Source: Dimorphilus gyrociliatus
Lineage: Eukaryota > Animalia > Annelida
Assembly: GCA_904063045.1 (NCBI GenBank)
Contig: CAJFCJ010000029.1
Location: 62,001-126,000 of the forward strand
Length of the DNA stretch: 64,000 bases
Reading direction: 5' to 3'
Shown: positions 1 to 10,895 of the stretch, piece after piece
How the letters are laid out: every line of letters begins with the position of its first letter
How positions within the stretch are numbered: position 1 is the stretch's first letter
Position numbers and translations under genes: made by a program
Notes under the pieces: generated by a model
What the model saw: only the letters and a program-made list of their open reading frames with translations
Databases searched by the model: none
Told to the model about the DNA's origin: nothing

Positions 1-2
1 CA

Positions 3-317
3 GGTCACCCACTATTAATTGCCAAAGCCATCGATAATAACGTTACTTGTTCTACTTGTTACTCAAATTGCCGCCTAGCCGAATGGGAACGTAAGCATCC
101 TCTCCCAGAAGTGCATAAGAAAATTAAACAAGCAATTAAAAAAGAAGGCCTATTTGATATTCCGGTGAGAAGTGCACATGCCGAACCAAAATCCCGTTTT
201 TATGGTAAATTTGAAGAAAATTTATTAAAAAAACGCTCGCCAAGACGTGATTTGACAGCTCAATTTTTAGGAGAACATTTACCAACTTATAGACCTCAGT
301 CTAGTCAAAACTTCTAA
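3..317 (+). CDS. 3'-terminal coding exon of an unidentified gene entering from the left edge
   Basis: The frame of ORF 111..317 is open back to nt 3 (GHPLLIAKAIDNNVTCSTCYSNCRLAEWERKHPLPEVHKK...SSQNF*). No family recognised. The stop lies 62 nt from the convergent tetraspanin stop. Confidence 0.4.
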   Translation, partial: GHPLLIAKAIDNNVTCSTCYSNCRLAEWERKHPLPEVHKKIKQAIKKEGLFDIPVRSAHAEPKSRFYGKFEENLLKKRSPRRDLTAQFLGEHLPTYRPQSSQNF

Positions 318-379
318 CAAAACGTCTTTAAAAAAATACAGTTAAAAAATATTCTAAAAAAAATCATTTACGGAGAACA

Positions 380-573
380 TTAATGTTTGACCATTTCTTG
401 TTTTCGTCGAAGATTACGAATTAGGCAGCAGGAGAGAAGAACGCCAGTAGCAATTAATATGCAAAACGTTATTCCCAAGCCAATCATAATGCTTGTGTGC
501 TCTTGAATAAATTCCTTTCCTTTATCGTAACACCCCTACATAAAACCATAAATTAACATTTTCCAATTATATA

Positions 574-609
<36 letters not shown>

Positions 610-1997
610 CAACTCCTTACATCGTAGTATAAAGCTCTGTTTAAAGCACCTTCGTGTTGTCCTGGTGGTCCAATATTCCAAGTCATGCAAACCCTCTCGT
701 TAACAGCTCTATAGTATTCGTCTCTTACGCAACATGATGAAGGTACATAAGGATTTTGTCCCTCTATATTTTATAACGTTTAAAAATATATTTAAAAGCA
801 CATTATACCAATATTAAATTATGTAATAGCATTAATAAAATTGCATGCATCTTATTATATCATCAACATATTTCTTATAATATTAATGCTATTATTAATG
901 AATGATTAAGAATAAGAATCAAATAACATATAGAATCATACCGTGCGAAAACTCTTTTTCAGCAATTGACTTTTTACCAAAGTCTTTAAACCATTTTGAT
1001 TCTCTATAAATGAACCAGCTTTTCGAATTAACGGAACAACAACGAAGCTGAAAAGCGAATTTTTAAAGCTAATCATAAGCGTTTATTAGAATCATACAAG
1101 TTAAAAATCGTAGATATTTGTTTGTATAAAAAATCGATTTGATTGATTATATGGGGAATTTATTTGGTGATGCTACCTGGATTCATATCCAATGCAACTC
1201 TCTCGTACCACAGAGAATTTTGATAGTGACTCCAACTTTTGGGATATATAGAGCAGCATCTTAGCTGTTTTATCATTATAATTATAATTAATGGAAAGGA
1301 ATTGGAATATTACTTAAAAATGTATATCCGAACGATCAATCAAGTTTCATTCGTAAGTTACGTAAATAATAACATTACAGTTTTACAAGAAATAATATTT
1401 AATTCAGTTAGAGTATTGCAAAATACATTACCTTTTCCTGTGCTTTATCCCAAGCCCTTGTCACATCCCTATTGAATTCCTCGTGAAGGTCAACTCCATA
1501 CTGGTCTCTTAAAGTATCTTCCATTATACTTTTGACTTTATTTCCGATTTGAGTACGGAAGACACCAGCCAAAAGTCCTCCAAGAAAGAATCCAACAGCA
1601 ATTACAATCAGACATATACTATAGCTAAAGATTAAGCATTTGTTCTCCATCATGCTTCCAGTGCAACCAAGTAAAGAGATGATAAAAGTTATACATCCTG
1701 TAACTAAAAGAATGTAAGCAGCCACCTCAAACAGAGAACTTCCAATAATATGAGTTAAGTAGTTTCTATCGATAATCAACCATAATCCAACTCCTATAAG
1801 GGTTGCTCCCATACACTATCATGAAGATGAACATTTATTAATAATCTTATTACTAATAATAATAATATAGAGATATCTATTATTTTAATAAATTCGAAAA
1901 AAGACCGAATAGTGATATTTACCCATGCCAGCGACGAAAATATAAATAAAAGATATTTATAAAAACTTATACGCTCATTCGTTTTAGACGGCAACAT
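380..1997 (-). CDS. Tetraspanin 1 (6-Cys EC2, CD151/TSPAN-like), multi-exon with alternative exon 3
   Basis: Exons read manually: 1997-1923, 1815-1432, [1264-1177 or 1047-942], 763-621, 535-380, all with GT-AG and consistent phases. Four TM helices; EC2 motifs LRCCS, YVPSSCC, C, GCY; ends ...RKQEMVKH*. Confidence 0.92.
575..606. repeat. (TA)n microsatellite in the last intron of tetraspanin 1
   Basis: About 16 perfect TA units. Confidence 0.95.
942..1047 (-). CDS. Tetraspanin 1 alternative exon 3b (LRCCSVNSKSWFIYRESKWFKDFGKKSIAEKEFSH)
   Basis: Acceptor ttttcAG at 1049-1048, donor GTatga at 941; 106 nt, phase 0 to phase 1; homologous to exon 3a (LRCCS..KSW..Y..S.W). Confidence 0.85.
1177..1264 (-). 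CDS. Tetraspanin 1 alternative exon 3a (LRCCSIYPKSWSHYQNSLWYERVALDMNP)
   Basis: Acceptor aaacAG at 1266-1265, donor GTagca at 1176; 88 nt, phase 0 to phase 1, no stops. Confidence 0.85.
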
Positions 1998-2116
1998 CTT
2001 CCTATGTCTAAAAACAGGCAGATCTTCTTTACCTAGAAGTCTTCGCTCATATCAATCTACCTTTAGAACAGGTTAAAAACGTGACTAATATCTTCAGTCT
2101 TCGTTATTTGTAATAT

Positions 2117-2157
2117 CAAAATGGCAGCTTGTACAAAAATAAAATGGCAGCCATTTT
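2117..2157. promoter_or_regulatory. YY1/Pho-like AAAATGGC motifs, one as the palindrome AAAATGGCAGCCATTTT, in the divergent tetraspanin promoter
   Basis: caaaatggcagc at 2117-2128 and an 8-bp inverted repeat at 2141-2157. Both ATGs are preceded by apparent splice acceptors, so the start sites probably lie in this central region. Confidence 0.5.
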
Positions 2158-2477
2158 GTATTCCTCTACAAGCTACAGTCTTAAAATGCAACGACATTGT
2201 TTCGGATCTCCATCACTGAAAAGTTCAGGTGTGAATTGAATTATCTACCGAGTGTTTTCGTGCGGTTTTCCGCACAAATCGGCTTTTAAAACGAATTTTC
2301 CGATATTTTAAAGAATACATAAAATATATATTGATCTATTCGATTTTTGATTAAAGTTAGTATATTTAAATTGCCTAAGTAAATCCAAGTTAGCCTCAGA
2401 CGTATACCTGTTAAAGTTATCTCCATTAATCATCTAATATTTTTCATTAATACTATGTTTACTTGCAGCTTTTTAAA

Positions 2478-4642
2478 ATGGGAATCAAAGGAAGAGAGTT
2501 GTCAAATGTGGCTCAATGTGTTCGGTATTTTCTATTGGTAACAAACTTAATTTTTGCCGTAAGTTACATTGTCTTGGTATTTATATAAATAACAATATAA
2601 CCCCCTCCCTTTTTCCAATTTTATAGATGGCTGGAGCGGCAATGATAGGAGTTGGAATATGGCTGGTAGTCGATAGAGACTTTTTAACACCTCTCGTTGA
2701 AATCGACTTGTTTAGGGCTGGCCTATATATGGTTTTAGTTTGCGGTGTTGTCATTTTTGCCGTCTTCTTTCTTGGGTGCTTGGGTGCAATGATGCTGAAA
2801 AAAATATTCCTTATCATATATTTCATTGCTCTTCTTATCATAACGTGCGTCCTGTTTGTTGCTGCAATCTTGGCAATTGTAATGCGAACAAAGTTACGAG
2901 ATGAAATTAAGAATACAATGATGCACAACTTGAAAAAGAGATACGGAGTTGATTTACACATCGCTAAAAATAAAGCTGTTACCTATGGCTTTGACAGGGC
3001 TCAAGAATACGTAATAATGCATTATATTATATTTATTTTATTCTAAACAGAGAAATTAATATCATATCTTAATCTTTTTTACAGCTTAGATGTTGCGCTG
3101 TTGATGATAATGGTTGGGGAAATTATAGAGAATCAGATTGGTGGCGGCAGCAACCGGGACAAGTAGGTGAGTCGAGTAGTTAGAAAAATGATTAATTATT
3201 TATTGCTAATTGATACACTGATTATTCAAACATACAAACAAATTCGTATAAGGTATAAGATGGGGTAAGCACTATACCGATAATGTATCTAGAAATAAGC
3301 ATTTGGATATTAACGTCAATCATAATCATCATAACTAGGTAATGCCAAAGTTTACGTCCCGAAATCTTGCTGCTATAAGGTAGCAGGAGAGGACTATAAT
3401 TCAGATGATTTGAAAAAATGCCAGACACCTGACGGAGGTCCTCCCAGAGATGAACAACCAATTCCCAACAATTTTTTGTATATGAAGGTGACTAACGCTC
3501 AATACATTGTTGCCTACTTTTTCTAGGTGGTGCCGAGCGCGTTAATGTACCGTCTTCGTGCTGTGCAGTGATACTGTACACTGGCCGCTATGTAAACAAG
3601 CAGAAATGCCAAACGTATCAAAATAAAGCGTTACCTGCTGGCGCTCGAGAGAATTATACGTACTATCGTAAGGTACTAAAAGAATGCCCTATTGATTACA
3701 ATATTGCAAAAAAACAAAAAATAAAGCTAGGAATATTTTACAATAAATGCAAAAATAATAATTTCGCTCTCTGTTTCTATTATATTTGCTTGAATGATTT
3801 TTTTGTCAATCAAAAATGAGGTACAAGGGGAATGATCCTTTAATTGTTTTATCAATATTGAAACGTCGACGATTTACAGTGTATCATGAAGGCAAAGATG
3901 AATTCTAATCCATAATTGATTATTCATATGCCTTATTTATAGACGATAAGAATCGTCCACGCGTTCCTGAAAGCTGCTGTTACGTTGATCTATACAAGGA
4001 TACAATTTTGGATAAGGAAAAATGCCAGACATACCAGTTTGGTCCACCTACAAAACCCGGTGGGAGTTCAAATCCCATGGTTTATCATAAGGTACAAAAG
4101 ATGATATACTTTGGAAATGGAGCGTCTATATTTCATATTGCACTGTATTTTCACCTCTTTCATTTTAATATCGCGCTCGGCACATTCTTGCTCCAAGTCA
4201 AATCTATTACCCAGAGAATAATTCAAATAAATGAAAATGATATTTATATGAGATCTAGCATGAAATGATAGGTAATTGATTTGCTGAGGCAAGAATTGTC
4301 AATAGTTTATAGCACCAGCCTTTGTATGTAGATGCTAGTATCTCTCTATTTCGCTTTTCTTGTTTTCCCTTTTACCTAGTGTGATTTAATATTGAAATAG
4401 CTATAAAATACTAATATATTGATCTCTTCCTCAATGAAGGGCTGCTATTCGCGAGCCGTTGAATTCTTAAAGGAACACGTCATCTTTATCATCGGTTTCG
4501 GATTTGGTGTTGCAATAGCATTGGTAAGTACATTCAAAAACATATTAATTGTTCTATAAAACAATTAAAAAAAACCTTTTTTCAATTTCAGATATCTGGA
4601 ATGGTCTTTTCGTTGATTCTTTACTGCTCCCTAGAGTATTAG
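2478..4642 (+). CDS. Tetraspanin 2 (6-Cys EC2), multi-exon with three alternative exon 4 copies
   Basis: Exons: 2478-2558, 2627-3010, 3085-3166, [3339-3487 or 3527-3672 or 3943-4091], 4440-4523, 4592-4642. Four TMs; motifs LRCCA, PxSCC, KC, GCY; ends ...YCSLEY*. Confidence 0.93.
3339..3487 (+). CDS. Tetraspanin 2 alternative exon 4A (GNAKVYVPKSCCYKVAGEDYNSDDLKKCQTPDGGPPRDEQPIPNNFLYMK)
   Basis: aactAG acceptor, AAG|GTgact donor; 149 nt, phase 1 to phase 0, open frame; absent from the ORF track. Confidence 0.85.
3527..3672 (+). CDS. Tetraspanin 2 alternative exon 4B (GGAERVNVPSSCCAVILYTGRYVNKQKCQTYQNKALPAGARENYTYYRK)
   Basis: ttttctAG acceptor, AAG|GTacta donor; 146 nt, phase 1 to phase 0. 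Confidence 0.85.
3943..4091 (+). CDS. Tetraspanin 2 alternative exon 4C (DDKNRPRVPESCCYVDLYKDTILDKEKCQTYQFGPPTKPGGSSNPMVYHK)
   Basis: ttatAG acceptor, AAG|GTacaa donor; 149 nt, phase 1 to phase 0. Confidence 0.85.
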
Positions 4643-4699
4643 AGAGTGTCTAGTTATTTTTTTACTATCTGAATGTTTTATTTTTTATATATATAAATT

Positions 4700-4764
4700 T
4701 ATAGATATGTATTTAAATTATATGATATAAATGTCTATATATATATATGTATATAGAAATATAC

Positions 4765-4804
<40 letters not shown>

Positions 4805-4909
4805 TTTATATATGTATATATTTATATACAAAAATTAATAGTTTTTAAATAATAATTAAATATCTTATTCATTTTCTTGTTATTTAAGAAATATACTCTT
4901 ATTATACTG

Positions 4910-4941
<32 letters not shown>

Positions 4942-4945
4942 TGTA
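4700..4945. repeat. TA-microsatellite-rich tract downstream of tetraspanin 2
   Basis: Several (TA)n runs, e.g. ~4768-4800 and ~4908-4942. Confidence 0.85.
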
Positions 4946-6036
4946 AATGTTGTGAATGGGTAGGTAGTCTGAGTGTAATATTTCCTCCTCAGGTTATTAA
5001 GTATGTACACAATTTTTGTACGATTTGTACAATTCTATTTACAGTACAAAACCGTCGAGTTTTTTAGTTTATATATTATTTATTTCAATCCTTTTATTCT
5101 TTATTATTTCGCGTGTTGATTGTAATCTTCCCAAAAAGAGATTGTTCATCTTCCATAACAGAAAAACGTGTACTAAACAAGTATTGAATAAATTATTGTA
5201 ATACTAGTAATACTATCAATTTGACAAGTGTGTCAGGTATAATCGTTTGCATCAGATATACAGTATAACATATATTAATATATCTTGATCAGGGGAGGAT
5301 GTTATTAAATACAAGAGCAGAGACAAAAGTCAAAAGTTGTTTGTAAAAATGTCGATTTTACGTGATAAAGAAAACTATGCAAATGAAGCTATTTTATGAA
5401 AGAAAATACTTTAAATCAATGATAAGTATATTAATAAACCAACACGATAACAAAAATTAATAACTTACAAGGAATAGTGGTATAATGTATCTAAACTGCA
5501 AATCGTAAAGTTAAAAGTAAAGTTTAGCAAACAGTAGAGTAAATATAGACCGAGCATAGCGGAAATGTTTACATAAGTACGCAAGCGGCCATCTAACTGA
5601 ATGCGCATTTAGAAAAGCAACTATTGAGCAATAGCAACGACCCGTAGGGTTTTTTCAAACAACAGAGAGAAATATTATCATATTTCACCTGGATTGTAAG
5701 TTCAGTTCAGTATTCTGCCTTAATTATTAAACAAAGAAGGTAAACTATATTTTTATTAAAAAATATTTTAATTAATAAACAGTCAATCTGTAAGAAACTG
5801 CGTATTATCGTTAACAACTTTGTTGATCTGCATCTTGATTTTAACTTTTAATGAGTTGATGATCATTTAATTATTACAAACCTGATTATAGGTAATCGCT
5901 GTTATTACGCAATAAGTATTAATAGAATTATCGGTTTATCCGTTTATCCGCAAATGATGGCAGTTCATAAGCTTCACAAGTGTAACATATTTTTAAACGC
6001 AGCAAAAAGAAAAAAAAAAAAACAGATAAAATCGCA

Positions 6037-6971
6037 ATGTGGTCTACGTCATTCGACGCTCTAGCTGCAATGGTTCGACATAAAAAAAAATGGAAACTGA
6101 AGAAAGTAGAAGAATTACCAGGCTATCTTCAAGATAATTTATTCTTAAAAAGGCATCATAGACCAGAATTGAAGTCTGTTAAAGAATGTATCCGTTCAAT
6201 GTTCATGCTTCATTCTGAAACTGGAAATATCTGGACTCATTTAATTGCAGCAGTAATAATGGTAATTCTCTTCATTCGTCATTTAAATAGCTCAGAAAGT
6301 TTCCAAGAATCTTTGTTCTTTTCTCTCTTCTTCCTTGGAAATATTGGATGTATGACTATATCAAGTACCTATCATACGTTTATTTGCTATTCCAAGCAAG
6401 TTTGCAGATTCTTGGCAAAGATGGATTATTGCGGCATCATAAGCATGACTATACTCTCCTGGTCTCCTTTCGTTTATTATTGCTTTTGTTATTGCTCATT
6501 AACAGTGAAGATCTATTTCTTCTTTATCGTATTGGTTCTTTTGTTAGGGTTGACAATGGTTATACGAGAAGATTTCCTGAGACCGCAGGGACACACCAAA
6601 AGAATATCAGTGTTTTTTTCGATTGGAGCAGTATCATTCGTATTCGCTGGTCACTTCCTACTCGCAGAAGCTATGTATGACTCAAAAGCAGCTCAGGTCT
6701 TTGCTTATTGTCTTCCAATGGGTTCTTTATACTTTGGTGGTGGATTTTTATACGCACTGAAATTCCCCGAAAGAAAATTCCCAGGAAAATGCGATTTATT
6801 TGTAAGTAATTGACTTCTCTATTATTAACATTTCTTGTCTTATAATTTCCAATACAGTTTCAAAGTCATCAGATAATGCACGTTTTATCTCTGTTAGGAA
6901 GTCTCCTTTGCTACTATTCCGCGTTATACTTGAAGCATTATAGGACTGTTATTAAGGGTAACTGCCGTTAA
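6037..6971 (+). CDS. PAQR family / adiponectin-receptor-like 7-TM protein
   Basis: Exons 6037-6801 and 6858-6971 (56-nt intron). Hallmark motifs ETGNIWTH, SSTYH, MDYCGI, PERKFPGKCD and FQSHQIMH (Zn-binding His residues retained). Confidence 0.92.
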
Positions 6972-7516
6972 CTGCTTGAAAAATCGATGTACTCATGAAT
7001 ATGATCGGTATAAAATAATTTTAATTTAAAAACACATCGGTCATTAAACTTATTCAAATGTAATCAATAAAAATAATGTTCATGTTTTTCTCTATAAACT
7101 AATAAAATCTTCTCATAAAACTAAAGGTTCTCGTTAAAATATGTTAATTGTATATTATATTATTACGTAATTTTAAAATTTCCCGCCGAAAGATACATTA
7201 ATATTCATATTTTTTTCTCACTCTTTTTTCGTATAGAAGTCATTATGACTTGATTTCTTATCAAAACTATATGACTGAACACTTCCCATTGATAGTAATT
7301 TTTCAGCGTAATGAATACGATCAAACCGTTGAAATTATATTTTAAGAGAATAGATCGAAAAACGAAAAAAGACAGTTCACCGCTTTTCAATATGTAATAG
7401 AATGTATCGAGATATAGATGACGCCACCAACAAGGTCAGCACTTGGAATTTTCCTCTCGTATTTAATCATTGGGAAACTATAAGGCGTGCTCAGTCATTT
7501 AATCGGTAAAAAAAGC

Positions 7517-9292
7517 ATGATAAGATTAATTTCAAGAAATAATTTTGTCAAGGTAAGGTTTACATTAATATTTTACATATATATTAGATACTTTAGAAAA
7601 CTAAAATCTTTCTTTCATATTTAGTCGGCATTCTGCCAGTCCAGCCGTCAATTATGGAGCGGAACCGAAAGCTTAGCAAAAGACGATCCCGAAATAAAAA
7701 GATTAATTGAAATGGAAAAGGATCGCCAATTATCCGGTTTGGAACTGATCGCATCCGAAAATTTCGCATCTAGAGCCGCTCTGGAGGCAATGGGCAGTTG
7801 TTTGAATAACAAATATTCTGAAGGATATCCAGGATCTAGGTAATGGAAACTAATTGTTTAATTATAAAAATTACTGAAAAATCCTTTAAAACTTCAAGAA
7901 TTCAAAGAAATAATACTTGTAATGGAATGTATCGATTGACCTAAATTAAATTTTCAAACAGATACTATGGCGGTACCGAAGTTGTAGACGAAGTAGAGCT
8001 TCTCTGCCAAAAGAGATGTTTACAAGCGTTTGATCTAGATCCGGCGAAATGGGGTGTAAACGTGCAACCATATTCTGGAAGTCCAGCTAACTTTGCTGTA
8101 TACACCGCCCTATTGAAACCACACGATCGTGTAATGGGCTTAGACCTACCTCATGGCGGTCATTTGACGCATGGTTTCATGACTGACGCAAAGAGAATCT
8201 CTTCAACTAGTATCTACTTTGAAAGTATGCCATATCAATTGAACGTAAGGACATAATATTATAATATTCAATTTTCAATGAAAAAACATCATCCATTCCT
8301 CTCTCTCTTTTATAGATGGAAACCGGAACTATCGATTACGATGCTCTTGCTGAACAGGCTCGCCTATTCCGACCAAAAATGATAATTGCAGGAACAAGTG
8401 CGTATTCTCGTCTCCTCGATTACGCACGCTTCAGGGAAATTTGCAATGTCAGTAAATCGTATTTGCTGGCTGATATGGCTCATATTTCTGGTTTAGTCGC
8501 CGCTAAAGTCGTCCCATCGCCATTCGAATACGCTGACGTTGTTTCAACAACTACTCATAAAACTTTGAGAGGTGTTCGAGCTGGTCTAATCTTTTTCAGA
8601 AAGGGAACGAAAGGTGTTGATAAGAATGGCAAAGAGATTAAGTACGATTTCGAGCAAAGAATTAACTTTGCCGTCTTTCCAAGTTTACAAGGTGGACCCC
8701 ACCAACATACCATAGCCGGTGTTGCCGTAGCAATGAAACAAGCCCTGTCTCCTGAATTTGTTGAATATCAAAAGCAGGTTGGTTGGCTTGATTCAACAAT
8801 GTAATAAATACTCTAAATGTCTTTTTTCTTCTACAGGTTATTAAAAACTCAAAAACTATGGCCGATAGTCTCCTAAAACGAGGCTATTCGTTAGTGTCTG
8901 GTGGAACCGATAACCATCTCGTCTTAGTAGATCTTCGTCCCAAAGGAATTGATGGTGCGAGAGTTGAACGAGTTTGTGAACTCGTCAACATCTCTATTAA
9001 TAAAAACACCTGCCCCGGAGATAAAAGTGCCTTGGTTCCCAGTGGATTAAGATTGGGATCAGCCGCTTTAACTTCACGTAACTTTAACGAAAAGGATTTC
9101 GAAAAAATTTGCGACTTCCTCGATAAAGCCGTAGAACTCTCAAAGGAAGTTCAAGCGAAAACGAAAAACTTGAAAGAATTCAAGGAACACGTTGTAAATG
9201 ACGAAACGACAAAACAAAAGCTGAAACAGCTGAGAGGAGAAGTAGAATCCTTCGCCAGAGGATTCCCAATGCCTGGTTATGATGATCATTAA
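7517..9292 (+). CDS. SHMT2: Serine hydroxymethyltransferase, mitochondrial type
   Basis: Exons 7517-7552, 7625-7839, 7962-8244, 8316-8777, 8837-9292. Motifs [22 protein letters not shown] and PLP-lysine [10 protein letters not shown]. The N-terminus [23 protein letters not shown] resembles a mitochondrial transit peptide. Confidence 0.95.
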
Positions 9293-9513
9293 ATTTGTTT
9301 TACTGAAAATGGCAATTAATAAATTCTAATAAAAAAGAAATTGATTGTTTTTCTTTTTATTCTCTAAAAACAGGAAATATGAAATACAATCATAACAAAT
9401 TGTGTATGATATATTTTTGTCGACGATAAAACTATAGGTTGTTTTTAAGCAATATATTACTTTTTTCAACAACACAAACTCGTGTAAAAAGATGATCTTT
9501 GTTAATATTTAGT

Positions 9514-9529
9514 GGCCCTTAAAAGGGCC
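9514..9529 (-). terminator. Histone 3' stem-loop (H2A)
   Basis: GGCCCTTTTAAGGGCC on the minus strand, followed by ACTA and CAAAG. Confidence 0.97.
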
Positions 9530-9554
9530 GTTGTTCGTTAAACGCTAATAACGT

Positions 9555-9935
<381 letters not shown>

Positions 9936-9992
9936 TTATCTTACGGCAATTGTTTAAATTAACCCACGAAAGTAGTGAACCGTCTGATTATA

Positions 9993-10410
9993 GCCTTATA
10001 TATATATATGTGCCTAGCTTCAAGAGTCTCTCGCAATTATCCAATCAGTAATCTGCCTCGTTTTCGCGAAGGCTCGCAGACAACTAATTTGCAAATATCT
10101 TTCGACCAATCAGCAAGTCGGAAATATCGACAAATCACCACCGGCCATTATATAACCATGTATACAAAATAAATTCTTTTAAAATACATTTAACAATTAA
10201 AAAATCAACCTCACTTCAACCAATTTATAACTAAAGGAGATTTTTGTCACATATATTAGAGTTTTACTAGTAAAGCTTTAACAAATGTATACTTTCAATA
10301 GAAAATCGAACGTCCAATCAGCGCGCAGCAAATCCGACCAATCACAAAGCAGTATAGGACCCGCGAAGGCGACAAGACAACTAATTTGCATACGCGTTGT
10401 ATAAAAGCTC
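9993..10410. promoter_or_regulatory. Divergent H2A/H2B promoter: TATA boxes, several CCAAT boxes, octamer ATTTGCAT
   Basis: TATA-like runs at ~9997-10008 and 10400-10406; repeated CCAATCA; ATTTGCAT at 10384-10391; ATTTGCAAAT at 10087-10096. Confidence 0.75.
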
Positions 10411-10461
10411 CTGCGCTCGTTCAGTCCAGCATCAGTTGTATTTTGCATACAATAACAAATC

Positions 10462-10845
10462 ATGCCTCCTAAAGTCGGTGGAAAAGCAGCATCCAAGGGA
10501 TCGAAGAAAGCAGCCTCCAAGGCTAAAGCTGTCCGTAGCACGGACAAAAAGAAGAAGAGAAGGAGGAAGGAATCTTATGCTATCTACATCTACAAGGTTC
10601 TCAAACAAGTCCATCCCGATACTGGAATCTCCTCCAAGGCTATGTCTATCATGAATTCTTTCGTTAACGATATCTTCGAAAGAATTGCCGCTGAAGCATC
10701 GAGACTTGCCCACTACAACAAAAGATCAACCATTACTTCAAGAGAAATCCAGACCGCAGTTCGTCTTCTCCTTCCTGGTGAATTGGCTAAGCACGCTGTA
10801 TCTGAAGGAACCAAAGCTGTTACTAAATACACCAGCGCCAAGTAG
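10462..10845 (+). CDS. H2B: Replication-dependent histone H2B
   Basis: Canonical core [23 protein letters not shown]...[11 protein letters not shown]; intronless. Confidence 0.99.
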   Translation: MPPKVGGKAASKGSKKAASKAKAVRSTDKKKKRRRKESYAIYIYKVLKQVHPDTGISSKAMSIMNSFVNDIFERIAAEASRLAHYNKRSTITSREIQTAVRLLLPGELAKHAVSEGTKAVTKYTSAK

Positions 10846-10879
10846 ATGACTTGAAAAAGAGCGATATCTTTTTAAAAAC

Positions 10880-10895
10880 GGCCCTTTTAAGGGCC
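10880..10895 (+). terminator. Histone 3' stem-loop (H2B)
   Basis: GGCCCTTTTAAGGGCC followed by ACCA. Confidence 0.97.

Noticed and set aside
3820-3900. tatcatgaaggcaaagatga resembles the end of exon 4C (tatcataaggtacaaaagatga); possible fourth alternative exon
   Set aside because: There is no PxSCC motif, an in-frame stop lies upstream (TGA at 3859) and there is no GT donor. At most a decayed relic.
3680-4296. Possible docking/selector RNA pairing: AAGAATG (3680) with CATTCTT (4183), competing with ATTCTTGC/GCAAGAAT (4184/4289)
   Set aside because: Only 7-8 bp in AT-rich DNA, so expected by chance. It needs cross-species covariation before it can be claimed.
4822-5201. Short ORFs 4822..5010 and 5016..5201
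   Set aside because: Low-complexity TA-repeat-derived frames with no homology cues.
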